DNA of 64,000 nt, taken from Escherichia coli (GTDB lineage: Bacteria; Pseudomonadota; Gammaproteobacteria; Enterobacterales; Enterobacteriaceae). A program made the position numbers and the translations under genes. The DNA lies in assembly GCF_003018115.1 (NCBI RefSeq), contig NZ_CP027457.1; one strand, given 5' to 3'. The notes beneath the pieces are model-generated. The model worked only from the letters and a program-made list of their open reading frames with translations, searched no databases and was not told where the DNA came from. Of this stretch, positions 42,840 through 52,948 are shown one piece after another. Within the stretch, counting starts at the first letter, position 1. Each line of letters begins with the position of its first letter.

Positions 42840-44377
42840 TGGCAATCACTAAATCAACTCCGGCACCATTAACCGGTGGGACGTTATGGTGCGTCACTAT
42901 TGCATTGTCATTAGCGACGTTTATGCAAATGTTGGATTCCACTATTTCTAACGTCGCAATACCGACAATATCTGGCTTTCTGGGAGCATCAACAGACGAA
43001 GGCACCTGGGTTATCACCTCGTTTGGCGTAGCAAATGCCATTGCGATCCCTGTTACCGGCAGGCTGGCACAAAGAATAGGCGAATTAAGGTTATTTTTAC
43101 TTTCAGTCACTTTTTTTTCGCTGTCTTCCTTAATGTGTAGTTTATCGACCAATCTTGATGTGCTGATATTTTTTAGAGTCGTTCAGGGGTTAATGGCAGG
43201 GCCGTTAATTCCACTGTCACAGAGTTTATTATTAAGGAATTATCCACCAGAAAAAAGAACATTTGCTCTGGCATTATGGTCAATGACCGTGATTATCGCT
43301 CCGATATGTGGGCCGATATTGGGCGGTTATATTTGTGATAACTTTAGCTGGGGTTGGATATTTTTAATCAATGTCCCTATGGGTATTATCGTCCTGACAT
43401 TATGCTTAACCTTACTTAAAGGAAGAGAAACTGAGACTTCACCGGTCAAAATGAATCTACCAGGACTGACCCTGTTAGTGCTCGGTGTTGGTGGCTTGCA
43501 AATTATGCTTGATAAAGGGCGCGATCTGGATTGGTTCAACTCGAGTACAATAATAATATTAACAGTAGTATCAGTTATTTCTCTGATCTCTTTAGTCATT
43601 TGGGAGTCGACCTCAGAGAACCCGATTCTTGATCTCAGTTTGTTTAAGTCCCGTAACTTCACTATTGGTATTGTGAGTATCACATGCGCGTATTTATTTT
43701 ACTCTGGAGCGATCGTCCTTATGCCGCAGTTACTCCAGGAAACGATGGGGTATAATGCGATATGGGCCGGACTTGCTTATGCGCCCATCGGCATCATGCC
43801 ACTATTAATTTCACCTTTGATAGGACGTTATGGCAACAAAATAGACATGCGGTTGTTAGTGACATTTAGTTTTTTGATGTATGCGGTTTGCTATTACTGG
43901 CGTTCTGTGACATTTATGCCAACGATTGATTTTACAGGCATCATTTTGCCACAGTTTTTCCAGGGATTCGCCGTTGCCTGTTTCTTTTTACCCTTAACAA
44001 CGATTTCGTTTTCAGGGTTGCCAGATAATAAATTTGCCAATGCCTCGAGTATGAGTAATTTTTTTCGTACCTTGTCAGGATCAGTTGGTACATCGTTGAC
44101 AATGACGCTGTGGGGGCGACGCGAATCGTTACACCATAGTCAGTTGACAGCAACCATCGATCAATTTAACCCTGTGTTTAATTCATCGTCACAAATTATG
44201 GATAAATACTATGGTTCGCTTTCAGGAGTTCTTAATGAAATTAATAATGAAATAACCCAGCAGTCACTTTCTATTTCTGCAAATGAGATTTTCCGTATGG
44301 CGGCTATTGCTTTTATCTTACTTACGGTTTTGGTTTGGTTTGCGAAACCGCCGTTTACAGCGAAAGGCGTTGGGTGA
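42839..44377 (+). CDS. emrY: MFS multidrug efflux pump (EmrB-like, 14 TM)
   Basis: 512 aa; start overlaps the emrK stop. Confidence 0.92.
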   Translation: MAITKSTPAPLTGGTLWCVTIALSLATFMQMLDSTISNVAIPTISGFLGASTDEGTWVITSFGVANAIAIPVTGRLAQRIGELRLFLLSVTFFSLSSLMCSLSTNLDVLIFFRVVQGLMAGPLIPLSQSLLLRNYPPEKRTFALALWSMTVIIAPICGPILGGYICDNFSWGWIFLINVPMGIIVLTLCLTLLKGRETETSPVKMNLPGLTLLVLGVGGLQIMLDKGRDLDWFNSSTIIILTVVSVISLISLVIWESTSENPILDLSLFKSRNFTIGIVSITCAYLFYSGAIVLMPQLLQETMGYNAIWAGLAYAPIGIMPLLISPLIGRYGNKIDMRLLVTFSFLMYAVCYYWRSVTFMPTIDFTGIILPQFFQGFAVACFFLPLTTISFSGLPDNKFANASSMSNFFRTLSGSVGTSLTMTLWGRRESLHHSQLTATIDQFNPVFNSSSQIMDKYYGSLSGVLNEINNEITQQSLSISANEIFRMAAIAFILLTVLVWFAKPPFTAKGVG

Positions 44378-44484
44378 TGGTTAAAGGAGGGGGTTATAGC
44401 GGGTAAGACCGGGGATCTTAAGTCTGTGCCATCGGCAGCATCGCTCACCCAGGGAAAGGATGGCGATGCTGAATTGAAAATTAA

Positions 44485-45813
44485 TTAGCGGCCTTTTGCC
44501 AGATATTGCTCCATCTCTTCTTCCGGCACCATTCCACCTCCCGTCGCCCACACCAGATGAGTGGCATTATGCAGTTGTTCTGCGCTGAAACCGTGCATCT
44601 GTTGGTAACTTACTGATGCACACACGCGCTGAGGTCCGGCCATACCCGCCAGTGCCGAAGGTTCAAGACGAATACCTTCTTCCTGCGCCAGCCAGCCAAG
44701 CATGTCATACATGGTTTGATCGCTAAGGGTATAGAAGCCATCCAGCAGACGCTCCATTGCCCGCCCGACAAAGCCTGATGCGCGACCAACAGCAAGGCCA
44801 TCCGCTGCGGTAAGGTTGTCGATACCAATATCCTGAACAGAAATCTGATCGTGTAATCCTGTATGGACGCCTAACAACATACAAGGGGAGTGCGTTGGTT
44901 CGGCAAAAAAGCAGTGAACATGATCGCCAAACGCCAGTTTAAGCCCGAATGCGACGCCACCAGGACCACCGCCAACACCACACGGCAGATAGACAAACAG
45001 AGGGTTATCAGCATCGACGATACGGCCTTGCTGGGCAAATTGCGCTTTAAGACGCTGGCCAGCGACGGAATACCCAAGGAACAACGTGCGGGAATTTTCG
45101 TCATCAATAAAGAAACAGTTCGGGTCAGACTGCGCTGCTTTACGTCCTTCCTCGACGGCAACACCATAATCTTGCTCATATTCCACGACCGTAACGCCAT
45201 GGCTGCGCAGTTTCGCTTTTTTCCATGCCCGGGCATCAGCAGACATATGCACTGTCACCTTAAAGCCAATGCGGGCGCTCATAATGCCGATTGATAACCC
45301 CAGATTTCCGGTTGAGCCCACAGCAATGCTGTATTGGCTAAAGAACTGTTTAAACTCCGGAGAAAGCAGTTTGCTGTAGTCATCATCAAGCGTCAGCAAC
45401 CCCGCTTCCAGAGCCAGTTTTTCTGCGTGTGCCAGGACTTCATAAATCCCGCCGCGTGCTTTTATGGAGCCGGAAATGGGCAAATGGCTATCTTTTTTCA
45501 GTAACAGTTGCCCGCTGATTGGTTGTTGATATTCCTTTTCCAGCCGTTTTTGCATAGCCGGAATGGCAACCAGTTCTGATTCAATAATCCCCCCAGTGGC
45601 AGCAGTTTCAGGAAATGCTTTTGCCAGATAGGGTGCAAAACGGGATAAGCGCGCATGGGCGTCCTGAACATCCTGTTCGGTCAGGCCAACATAAGGTAAA
45701 CCTTCAGCCAATGAGGTCGTGCCAGGATTAAACCAGGTGGTTTCTTTAAGAGCAACCAGATCCTTTACCAACGGATACTGGGCGATGAGCGAGTTCATTT
45801 TAGCGTTTTCCAT
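44485..45813 (-). CDS. dsdA: D-serine ammonia-lyase (PLP-dependent)
   Basis: 442 aa; PLP-lysine motif SGSIKARGG. Confidence 0.95.
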   Translation of the reverse strand: MENAKMNSLIAQYPLVKDLVALKETTWFNPGTTSLAEGLPYVGLTEQDVQDAHARLSRFAPYLAKAFPETAATGGIIESELVAIPAMQKRLEKEYQQPISGQLLLKKDSHLPISGSIKARGGIYEVLAHAEKLALEAGLLTLDDDYSKLLSPEFKQFFSQYSIAVGSTGNLGLSIGIMSARIGFKVTVHMSADARAWKKAKLRSHGVTVVEYEQDYGVAVEEGRKAAQSDPNCFFIDDENSRTLFLGYSVAGQRLKAQFAQQGRIVDADNPLFVYLPCGVGGGPGGVAFGLKLAFGDHVHCFFAEPTHSPCMLLGVHTGLHDQISVQDIGIDNLTAADGLAVGRASGFVGRAMERLLDGFYTLSDQTMYDMLGWLAQEEGIRLEPSALAGMAGPQRVCASVSYQQMHGFSAEQLHNATHLVWATGGGMVPEEEMEQYLAKGR

Positions 45814-45830
45814 AGTACGTCTCTTTGCGC

Positions 45831-46061
45831 TTAGATGATAAATGACAGCAGGAATGTGCCCGCCAGAGCGACGACTGAAGCGATAAATGTCGCTGTCGTA
45901 TAGTATTTAAATGTTTCATTGAGCGTAGCGCCGCAATATTGCTTCACCAGCCAGAAAAGCGAGTCCATAACGATCGTGCAGCCAATCGCGCCTGAACCGA
46001 TAGCAATCGCAATAATTTCCGGGCTGATGTCGGGATACAGCGGCAGCACAATGATCCATAT
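45831..46061 (-). pseudogene. dsdX: C-terminal fragment of the D-serine permease (GntP family); 5' part replaced by the csc insertion
   Basis: Frame encodes ..IWIIVLPLYPDISPEIIAIAIGSGAIGCTIVMDSLFWLVKQYCGATL..FII and opens at an in-frame stop; the ORF-track M at 46049 is an internal GTG. Confidence 0.8.
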
Positions 46062-46291
46062 TTATATTTTCTTCTCCAGGTTGGCGATGCCAGTTGGCAT
46101 GTTTTACTTACTTGCCTATATGGTTACTCGTTGGCGAGAACAGAGGCGGAATTTGGGACAATTGTCCGGCAATTATTGTTATTTTTTATTGTATTGCCGT
46201 GTCGGGTGATAGGGCGTTGAGAATTTCGTTGGATCTCGCCAGTGACGTCTGTTTCTGCTACAGTGCCCGTTTTACGGCAAACGGCTTGGGT

Positions 46292-47287
46292 ATGGCTTCA
46301 TTAAAGGATGTCGCACGCCTGGCGGGAGTGTCGATGATGACAGTCTCCCGGGTGATGCATAATGCAGAATCTGTGCGTCCTGCAACGCGTGACCGCGTAT
46401 TGCAGGCAATCCAGACCCTGAATTATGTTCCTGATCTTTCCGCCCGTAAGATGCGCGCTCAAGGACGTAAGCCGTCGACTCTCGCCGTGCTGGCGCAGGA
46501 CACGGCTACCACTCCTTTCTCTGTTGATATTCTGCTTGCCATTGAGCAAACCGCCAGCGAGTTCGGCTGGAATAGTTTTTTAATCAATATTTTTTCTGAA
46601 GATGACGCTGCCCGCGCGGCACGTCAGCTGCTTGCCCACCGTCCGGATGGCATTATCTATACTACAATGGGGCTGCGACATATCACGCTGCCTGAGTCTC
46701 TGTATGGTGAAAATATTGTATTGGCGAACTGTGTGGCGGATGACCCAGCGTTACCCAGTTATATCCCTGATGATTACACTGCACAATATGAATCAACACA
46801 GCATTTGCTCGCGGCGGGCTATCGTCAACCGTTATGCTTCTGGCTACCGGAAAGTGCGTTGGCAACAGGGTATCGTCGGCAGGGATTTGAGCAGGCCTGG
46901 CGTGATGCTGGACGAGATCTGGCTGAGGTGAAACAATTTCACATGGCAACAGGTGATGATCACTACACCGATCTCGCAAGTTTACTCAATGCCCACTTCA
47001 AATCGGGCAAACCAGATTTTGATGTTCTGATATGTGGTAACGATCGCGCAGCCTTTGTGGCTTATCAGGTTCTCCTGGCGAAGGGGGTACGTATCCCGCA
47101 GGATGTCGCCGTAATGGGCTTTGATAATCTGGTTGGCGTCGGGCATCTGTTTTTACCGCCGCTGACCACAATTCAGCTTCCACATGACATTATCGGGCGG
47201 GAAGCTGCATTGCATATTATTGAAGGTCGTGAAGGGGGAAGTGTGACGCGGATCCCTTGCCCGCTGTTGATCCGTTGTTCCACCTGA
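46292..47287 (+). CDS. cscR: LacI-family repressor of the csc sucrose regulon
   Basis: 331 aa from MASLKDVARLAGVSMMTVSRV (LacI HTH); the ORF-track start at 46094 is a spurious 66-codon extension. Confidence 0.88.
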   Translation: MASLKDVARLAGVSMMTVSRVMHNAESVRPATRDRVLQAIQTLNYVPDLSARKMRAQGRKPSTLAVLAQDTATTPFSVDILLAIEQTASEFGWNSFLINIFSEDDAARAARQLLAHRPDGIIYTTMGLRHITLPESLYGENIVLANCVADDPALPSYIPDDYTAQYESTQHLLAAGYRQPLCFWLPESALATGYRRQGFEQAWRDAGRDLAEVKQFHMATGDDHYTDLASLLNAHFKSGKPDFDVLICGNDRAAFVAYQVLLAKGVRIPQDVAVMGFDNLVGVGHLFLPPLTTIQLPHDIIGREAALHIIEGREGGSVTRIPCPLLIRCST

Positions 47288-47294
47288 TATTATG

Positions 47295-48728
47295 CTAACC
47301 CAGTTGCCAGAGTGCCCCATGTTGCACCACAGCCACTCCGTGGGAGGCATAAAGCGACAGTTCCCGTTCTTCTGGCTGCGGATAGATTCGACTACTCATC
47401 ACCGCTTCCCCGTCGTTAATAAATACTTCCACGGATGATGTATCGATAAATATCCTTAGGGCGAGCGTGTCACGCTGCGGGAGGGGAATACTACGGTAGC
47501 CGTCTAAATTCTCGTGTGGGTAATACCGCCACAAAACAAGTCGCTCAGATTGGTTATCAATATACAGCCGCATTCCAGTGCCGAGCTGTAATCCGTAATG
47601 TTCGGCATCACTGTTCTTCAGCGCCCACTGCAACTGAATCTCAACTGCTTGCGCGTTTTCCTGCAAAACATATTTATTGCTGATTGTGCGGGGAGAGATA
47701 GATTGATGCTGCTGGCGTAACGACTCAGCTTCGTGTACCGGGCGTTGTAGGAGTTTGCCATTGCTCTCTGATAGCTCGCGCGCCAGCGTCATGCAGCCTG
47801 CCCAGCCTTCACGTTTTGAGGGCATTGGCGATTCCCACATATCCATCCAGCCGATAACAATACGCCGACCATCCTTCGCTACAAAGCTTTGTGGTGCATA
47901 AAAGTCATGCCCGTTATCAAGTTCAGTAAAATGCCCGGATTGTGCAAAAAGTCGTCCTGGCGACCACATTCCGGGTATTACGCCACTTTGAAAGCGATTT
48001 CGGTAACTGTATCCCTCGGCATTCATTCCCTGCGGGGAAAACATCAGATAATGCTGATCGCCAAGGCTGAAAAAGTCCGGACATTCCCACATATAGCTTT
48101 CACCCGCATCAGCGTGGGCCAGTACGCGATCGAAAGTCCATTCACGTAATGAACTGCCGCGATAAAGCAGGATCTGCCCCGTGTTGCCTTGGTCTTTCGC
48201 CCCGACTACCATCCACCATGAGTCGGCTTCACGCCACACTTTAGGATCGCGGAAGTGCATGATTCCTTCTGGTGGAGTGAGGATCACACCCTGTTTCTCG
48301 AAATGAATACCATCCCGACTGGTAGCCAGACATTGTACTTCGCGAATTGCATCGTCATTACCTGCACCATCGAGCCAGACGTGTCCGGTGTAGATAAGTG
48401 AGAGGACACCATTGTCATCGACAGCACTACCTGAAAAACACCCATCTTTGTCATTATCGTCTCCTGGCGCTAGCGCAATAGGCTCATGCTGCCAGTGGAT
48501 CATATCGTCGCTGGTGGCATGTCCCCAGTGCATTGGCCCCCAGTGTTCGCTCATTGGGTGATGCTGATAAAACGCGTGATAACGATCGTTAAACCAGATC
48601 AGGCCGTTTGGATCGTTCATCCACCCGGCAGGAGGCGCGAGGTGAAAATGGGGATAGAAAGTGTTACCCCGGTGCTCATGAAGTTTTGCTAGTGCGTTTT
48701 GCGCCGCATGCAATCGAGATTGCGTCAT
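47295..48728 (-). CDS. cscA: sucrose-6-phosphate hydrolase / invertase (GH32)
   Basis: GH32 motifs NDPNG and RDP; start taken at MTQSRL (AGGA 9 nt upstream) rather than the ATG at 48737. Confidence 0.9.
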   Translation of the reverse strand: MTQSRLHAAQNALAKLHEHRGNTFYPHFHLAPPAGWMNDPNGLIWFNDRYHAFYQHHPMSEHWGPMHWGHATSDDMIHWQHEPIALAPGDDNDKDGCFSGSAVDDNGVLSLIYTGHVWLDGAGNDDAIREVQCLATSRDGIHFEKQGVILTPPEGIMHFRDPKVWREADSWWMVVGAKDQGNTGQILLYRGSSLREWTFDRVLAHADAGESYMWECPDFFSLGDQHYLMFSPQGMNAEGYSYRNRFQSGVIPGMWSPGRLFAQSGHFTELDNGHDFYAPQSFVAKDGRRIVIGWMDMWESPMPSKREGWAGCMTLARELSESNGKLLQRPVHEAESLRQQHQSISPRTISNKYVLQENAQAVEIQLQWALKNSDAEHYGLQLGTGMRLYIDNQSERLVLWRYYPHENLDGYRSIPLPQRDTLALRIFIDTSSVEVFINDGEAVMSSRIYPQPEERELSLYASHGVAVVQHGALWQLG

Positions 48729-48762
48729 TTTAATCATCCTGGTTAAGCAAATTTGGTGAATT

Positions 48763-48774
48763 GTTAACGTTAAC
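48763..48774. promoter_or_regulatory. candidate CscR operator (12-bp palindrome), copy 1
   Basis: gttaacgttaac in the cscA-cscK divergent intergenic region. Confidence 0.4.
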
Positions 48775-48826
48775 TTTTATAAAAATAAAGTCCCTTACTT
48801 TCATAAATGCGATGAATATCACAAAT

Positions 48827-48838
48827 GTTAACGTTAAC
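48827..48838. promoter_or_regulatory. candidate CscR operator (12-bp palindrome), copy 2
   Basis: Identical gttaacgttaac 64 bp from copy 1. Confidence 0.4.
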
Positions 48839-48943
48839 TATGACATTTTGTGATCGAATATGCATGTTTTAGTAAATCCATGACGATTTTGCGAAAAAGA
48901 GGTTTATCACTATGCGTAAGTCAGATGAATTTAAGGGAAAAAA

Positions 48944-49858
48944 ATGTCAGCCAAAGTATGGGTTTTAGGGGATGCGGTAGTAGATCTCTTGCCAGAATCA
49001 GACGGGCGCCTACTGCCTTGTCCTGGCGGCGCGCCAGCTAACGTTGCGGTGGGAATCGCCAGATTAGGCGGAATAAGTGGGTTTATAGGTCGGGTCGGTG
49101 ATGATCCTTTTGGTGCGTTAATGCAAAGAACTCTGCTAACTGAGGGAGTCGATATCACGTATCTGAAGCAAGATGAATGGCACCGGACATCCACGGTGCT
49201 TGTCGATCTGAACGATCAAGGGGAACGTTCATTTACGTTTATGGTTCGCCCCAGTGCCGATCTTTTTTTAGAGACGACAGACTTGCCCTGCTGGCGACAT
49301 GGCGAATGGTTACATCTCTGTTCAATTGCGTTGTCTGCCGAGCCTTCGCGTACCAGCGCATTTACTGCGATGACGGCGATCCGGCATGCCGGAGGTTTTG
49401 TCAGCTTCGATCCCAATATTCGTGAAGATCTATGGCAAGACGAGCATTTGCTCCGCTTGTGTTTGCGGCAGGCGCTACAACTGGCGGATGTCGTCAAACT
49501 CTCGGAAGAAGAATGGCGACTAATCAGTGGAAAAACACAGAACGATCGGGATATATGCGCCCTGGCAAAAGAGTATGAGATCGCCATGCTGTTGGTGACT
49601 AAAGGTGCAGAAGGGGTGGTGGTCTGTTATCGAGGACAAGTTCACCATTTTGCTGGAATGTCTGTGAATTGTGTCGATAGCACGGGGGCGGGAGATGCGT
49701 TCGTTGCCGGGTTACTCACAGGTCTGTCCTCTACGGGATTATCTACAGATGAGAGAGAAATGCGACGAATTATCGATCTCGCTCAACGTTGCGGAGCGCT
49801 TGCAGTAACGGCGAAAGGGGCAATGACAGCGCTGCCATGTCGACAAGAACTGGAATAG
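48944..49858 (+). CDS. cscK: fructokinase (PfkB/ribokinase family)
   Basis: 304 aa; PfkB signature GAGDAF near the C-terminus. Confidence 0.9.
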   Translation: MSAKVWVLGDAVVDLLPESDGRLLPCPGGAPANVAVGIARLGGISGFIGRVGDDPFGALMQRTLLTEGVDITYLKQDEWHRTSTVLVDLNDQGERSFTFMVRPSADLFLETTDLPCWRHGEWLHLCSIALSAEPSRTSAFTAMTAIRHAGGFVSFDPNIREDLWQDEHLLRLCLRQALQLADVVKLSEEEWRLISGKTQNDRDICALAKEYEIAMLLVTKGAEGVVVCYRGQVHHFAGMSVNCVDSTGAGDAFVAGLLTGLSSTGLSTDEREMRRIIDLAQRCGALAVTAKGAMTALPCRQELE

Positions 49859-49929
49859 TGAGAAGTAAACGGCGAAGTCGCTCTTATCTCTAAATAGGAC
49901 GTGAATTTTTTAACGACAGGCAGGTAATT

Positions 49930-51177
49930 ATGGCACTGAATATCCCATTCAGAAATGCGTACTATCGTTTTGCATCCAGTTACTCATTTCTCTTTTTTAT
50001 TTCCTGGTCGCTGTGGTGGTCGTTATACGCTATTTGGCTGAAAGGACATCTAGGGTTGACAGGGACGGAATTAGGTACACTTTATTCGGTCAACCAGTTT
50101 ACCAGCATTCTATTTATGATGTTCTACGGCATCGTTCAGGATAAACTCGGTCTGAAGAAACCACTCATCTGGTGTATGAGTTTCATCCTGGTCTTGACCG
50201 GACCGTTTATGATTTACGTTTATGAACCGTTACTGCAAAGCAATTTTTCTGTAGGTCTAATTCTGGGGGCGCTCTTTTTTGGCTTGGGGTATCTGGCGGG
50301 ATGCGGTTTGCTTGACAGCTTCACCGAAAAAATGGCGCGAAATTTTCATTTCGAATATGGAACAGCGCGCGCCTGGGGATCTTTTGGCTATGCTATTGGC
50401 GCGTTCTTTGCCGGCATATTTTTTAGTATCAATCCCCATATCAACTTCTGGTTGGTCTCGCTATTTGGCGCTGTATTTATGATGATCAACATGCGTTTTA
50501 AAGATAAGGATCACCAGTGCGTAGCGGCGGATGCGGGAGGGGTAAAAAAAGAGGATTTTATCGCAGTTTTCAAGGATCGAAACTTCTGGGTTTTCGTCAT
50601 ATTTATTGTGGGGACGTGGTCTTTCTATAACATTTTTGATCAACAACTTTTTCCTGTCTTTTATGCAGGTTTATTCGAATCACACGATGTAGGAACGCGC
50701 CTGTATGGTTATCTCAACTCATTCCAGGTGGTACTCGAAGCAGTGTGCATGGCGATTATTCCTTTCTTTGTGAATCGGGTAGGGCCAAAAAATGCATTAC
50801 TTATCGGTGTTGTGATTATGGCGTTGCGTATCCTTTCCTGCGCGCTGTTCGTTAACCCCTGGATTATTTCATTAGTGAAGCTGTTACATGCCATTGAGGT
50901 TCCACTTTGTGTCATATCCGTCTTCAAATACAGCGTGGCAAACTTTGATAAGCGCCTGTCGTCGACGATCTTTCTGATTGGTTTTCAAATTGCCAGTTCG
51001 CTTGGGATTGTGCTGCTTTCAACGCCGACTGGGATACTCTTTGACCACGCAGGCTACCAGACAGTTTTCTTCGCAATTTCGGGTATTGTCTGCCTGATGT
51101 TGCTATTTGGCATTTTCTTCCTGAGTAAAAAACGCGAGCAAATAGTTATGGAAACGCCTGTACCTTCAGCAATATAG
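49930..51177 (+). CDS. cscB: sucrose:H+ symporter (MFS, oligosaccharide:H+ symporter family)
   Basis: 415 aa, 12-TM LacY-like protein. Confidence 0.92.
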   Translation: MALNIPFRNAYYRFASSYSFLFFISWSLWWSLYAIWLKGHLGLTGTELGTLYSVNQFTSILFMMFYGIVQDKLGLKKPLIWCMSFILVLTGPFMIYVYEPLLQSNFSVGLILGALFFGLGYLAGCGLLDSFTEKMARNFHFEYGTARAWGSFGYAIGAFFAGIFFSINPHINFWLVSLFGAVFMMINMRFKDKDHQCVAADAGGVKKEDFIAVFKDRNFWVFVIFIVGTWSFYNIFDQQLFPVFYAGLFESHDVGTRLYGYLNSFQVVLEAVCMAIIPFFVNRVGPKNALLIGVVIMALRILSCALFVNPWIISLVKLLHAIEVPLCVISVFKYSVANFDKRLSSTIFLIGFQIASSLGIVLLSTPTGILFDHAGYQTVFFAISGIVCLMLLFGIFFLSKKREQIVMETPVPSAI

Positions 51178-51296
51178 ACGTAAACTTTTTCCGGTTGTTG
51201 TCGATATCTCCATATCCCTCAACCGGAAAATAATAATAGTAAAATGCTTAGCCCTGGTGACTGCTCCCCGCCCTGTCGGGCGAGGCTTCCCACTTC

Positions 51297-52466
51297 TTAA
51301 GCTGCAACCGTCTGTGTGACGGATTTACGCTGGCCTCCATGGGCAGAAACGACGAGTCCCGCCGCTTGTAATTCCAGTATGCCCTTGCGTTTGATGTTGA
51401 GCGCCGCGTTGATATCGCGGTCATGTTCAACTCCACACTCTGGACACTGCCAGATGCGCTTATGTAATGGCATCTCCGACATTTTGTGACCGCAGCAGTG
51501 GCAGATTTTCGAACTGGCGAACCATTGATCCAGTTTCACCAGATGCACACCTTTCTCTGTTGCTTTGTATTCCAGTTTTGTGATGAATCCAGACCATCCA
51601 GCATCGCCTATCGCACGAGCCAGATGGTGATTTTTCATCATATTTGCCGTTTTCAATGTCTCGACAATTACCGCTTGGTTTTCGTCAACAATTGCGCGAG
51701 ATAACTTGTGCTGGAAATCGGCACGGGCACTGGCTACCCGTTCGTGAACGGCTGCAAGTTGTATTCTGGCTTTGCGCCTGTTTGCGCTCCCTTTTTTCTT
51801 ACGGGACAGTGCTTTCTGCTTCCGGCGAAGGTTGCGACTTGCATTGATTAGGTGGCGGGGACTGGCAATTTTATTGCCGTCCGATTTGATGACAAAATGC
51901 GCCAGCCCCATATCCAGCCCTGTCACATTTGATATCAGTGCGGGCTTTGCCGGCGCTTCCATCCCGTCGTCACAGAGTAACGACGCGTAGTATTTCCCGG
52001 TTGCGCTGCGGCTCAACGTGATACTTTTCAGCATTCCCGTAATTTCACGATGTAAACGCGCTTCAATCGGCAAGATTTTCGGTATTTTTATCGCACCATC
52101 AAGGACTTTTATGCCAACACAATGATAGCTCGATTGTCTGCCGTGTTTACTTTTAAAGGTAGGTTTACCTGCTTTCAGTTTCGGATTGAAAAAGTTAGAA
52201 AAAGCCACGTCGAGGTTAATTACCGCCTGCTGCAACGCAATAGAATCATATTCTTTAAGCCATCCATACCGGCGGGATTTCTTCGCCACTGCAAGCAGTG
52301 GTTTGAGGTCTTTACGCGGGTTTAAATTTACGCGGTGCCGCTGGTAAGAATGTTTCTTGATATGCAGAGCTTTGTTGTACGCAAAACGCACTGCACCGAA
52401 CTGGGCGTTGATAAATTCAGCCTGTTCTGGTGTCGGGTAGATGCGTACTTTTGTTGCTCTTAACAT
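51297..52466 (-). CDS. tnpB: TnpB (OrfB) RuvC-like RNA-guided endonuclease of the IS200/IS605 family
   Basis: 389 aa; N-terminal HTH-like region, RuvC-I (GLDMGL), RuvC-II (VIVETLK), zinc ribbon CHCCGH...CPECG, RuvC-III (HDRDINAALNI). Confidence 0.9.
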   Translation of the reverse strand: MLRATKVRIYPTPEQAEFINAQFGAVRFAYNKALHIKKHSYQRHRVNLNPRKDLKPLLAVAKKSRRYGWLKEYDSIALQQAVINLDVAFSNFFNPKLKAGKPTFKSKHGRQSSYHCVGIKVLDGAIKIPKILPIEARLHREITGMLKSITLSRSATGKYYASLLCDDGMEAPAKPALISNVTGLDMGLAHFVIKSDGNKIASPRHLINASRNLRRKQKALSRKKKGSANRRKARIQLAAVHERVASARADFQHKLSRAIVDENQAVIVETLKTANMMKNHHLARAIGDAGWSGFITKLEYKATEKGVHLVKLDQWFASSKICHCCGHKMSEMPLHKRIWQCPECGVEHDRDINAALNIKRKGILELQAAGLVVSAHGGQRKSVTQTVAA

Positions 52467-52522
52467 AATCAGCGCTCATTGATATAATTCTTTTATTTTA
52501 ACGCTTTAGGTGAATATATCAA

Positions 52523-52948
52523 TTGAGTAATCATGATGATTTACTGGCGGGATTTCTCCGCAAACGACACAGTGTCAGTAAGCTGGTTGTGCACCTTATT
52601 TTTACGACAAAGTATCGACGCAAACTATTCGACAGTCAGATGATCGCTCAGTTGCGTGAGGCTTTTGGCTCCGCTGCGGCAAAGCTTGAATGCGAAATTA
52701 TTGAGATGGACGGGGAGCCAGACCATGTACACCTGCTGGTTGCCTACCCGCCAAAACTGGCGGTCAGTGTGATGGTCAATAATTTAAAATCGGTATCATC
52801 ACGTTTGCTACGCCAGCAGAACGCGCATTTACGTATGCAGAGTAAAACGGGGCTTTTGTGGTCGAGATCGTACTTTGTCTGTAGCACCGGAGGGGCAACG
52901 ATTGAAACGCTCAGAGCCTACGTTCAGAGTCAGTCAACACCTGATTGA
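52523..52948 (+). CDS. tnpA: IS200-type Y1 (HuH) transposase TnpA
   Basis: 141 aa; HuH motif HVHLLV, conserved TTKYRR, catalytic Tyr region (SRSYFV). Confidence 0.88.
   Translation: MSNHDDLLAGFLRKRHSVSKLVVHLIFTTKYRRKLFDSQMIAQLREAFGSAAAKLECEIIEMDGEPDHVHLLVAYPPKLAVSVMVNNLKSVSSRLLRQQNAHLRMQSKTGLLWSRSYFVCSTGGATIETLRAYVQSQSTPD

Noticed and set aside
46094-46291. 66-codon N-terminal extension of cscR proposed by the ORF track
   Set aside because: The LacI-type HTH begins at MASLKDVARLAG (46292); the upstream in-frame sequence spans the dsdX/csc junction and is not protein-like
51181-51240. Hairpin after cscB as a canonical rho-independent terminator
   Set aside because: No U-tract following the stem on either strand; kept as an unexplained structure in findings
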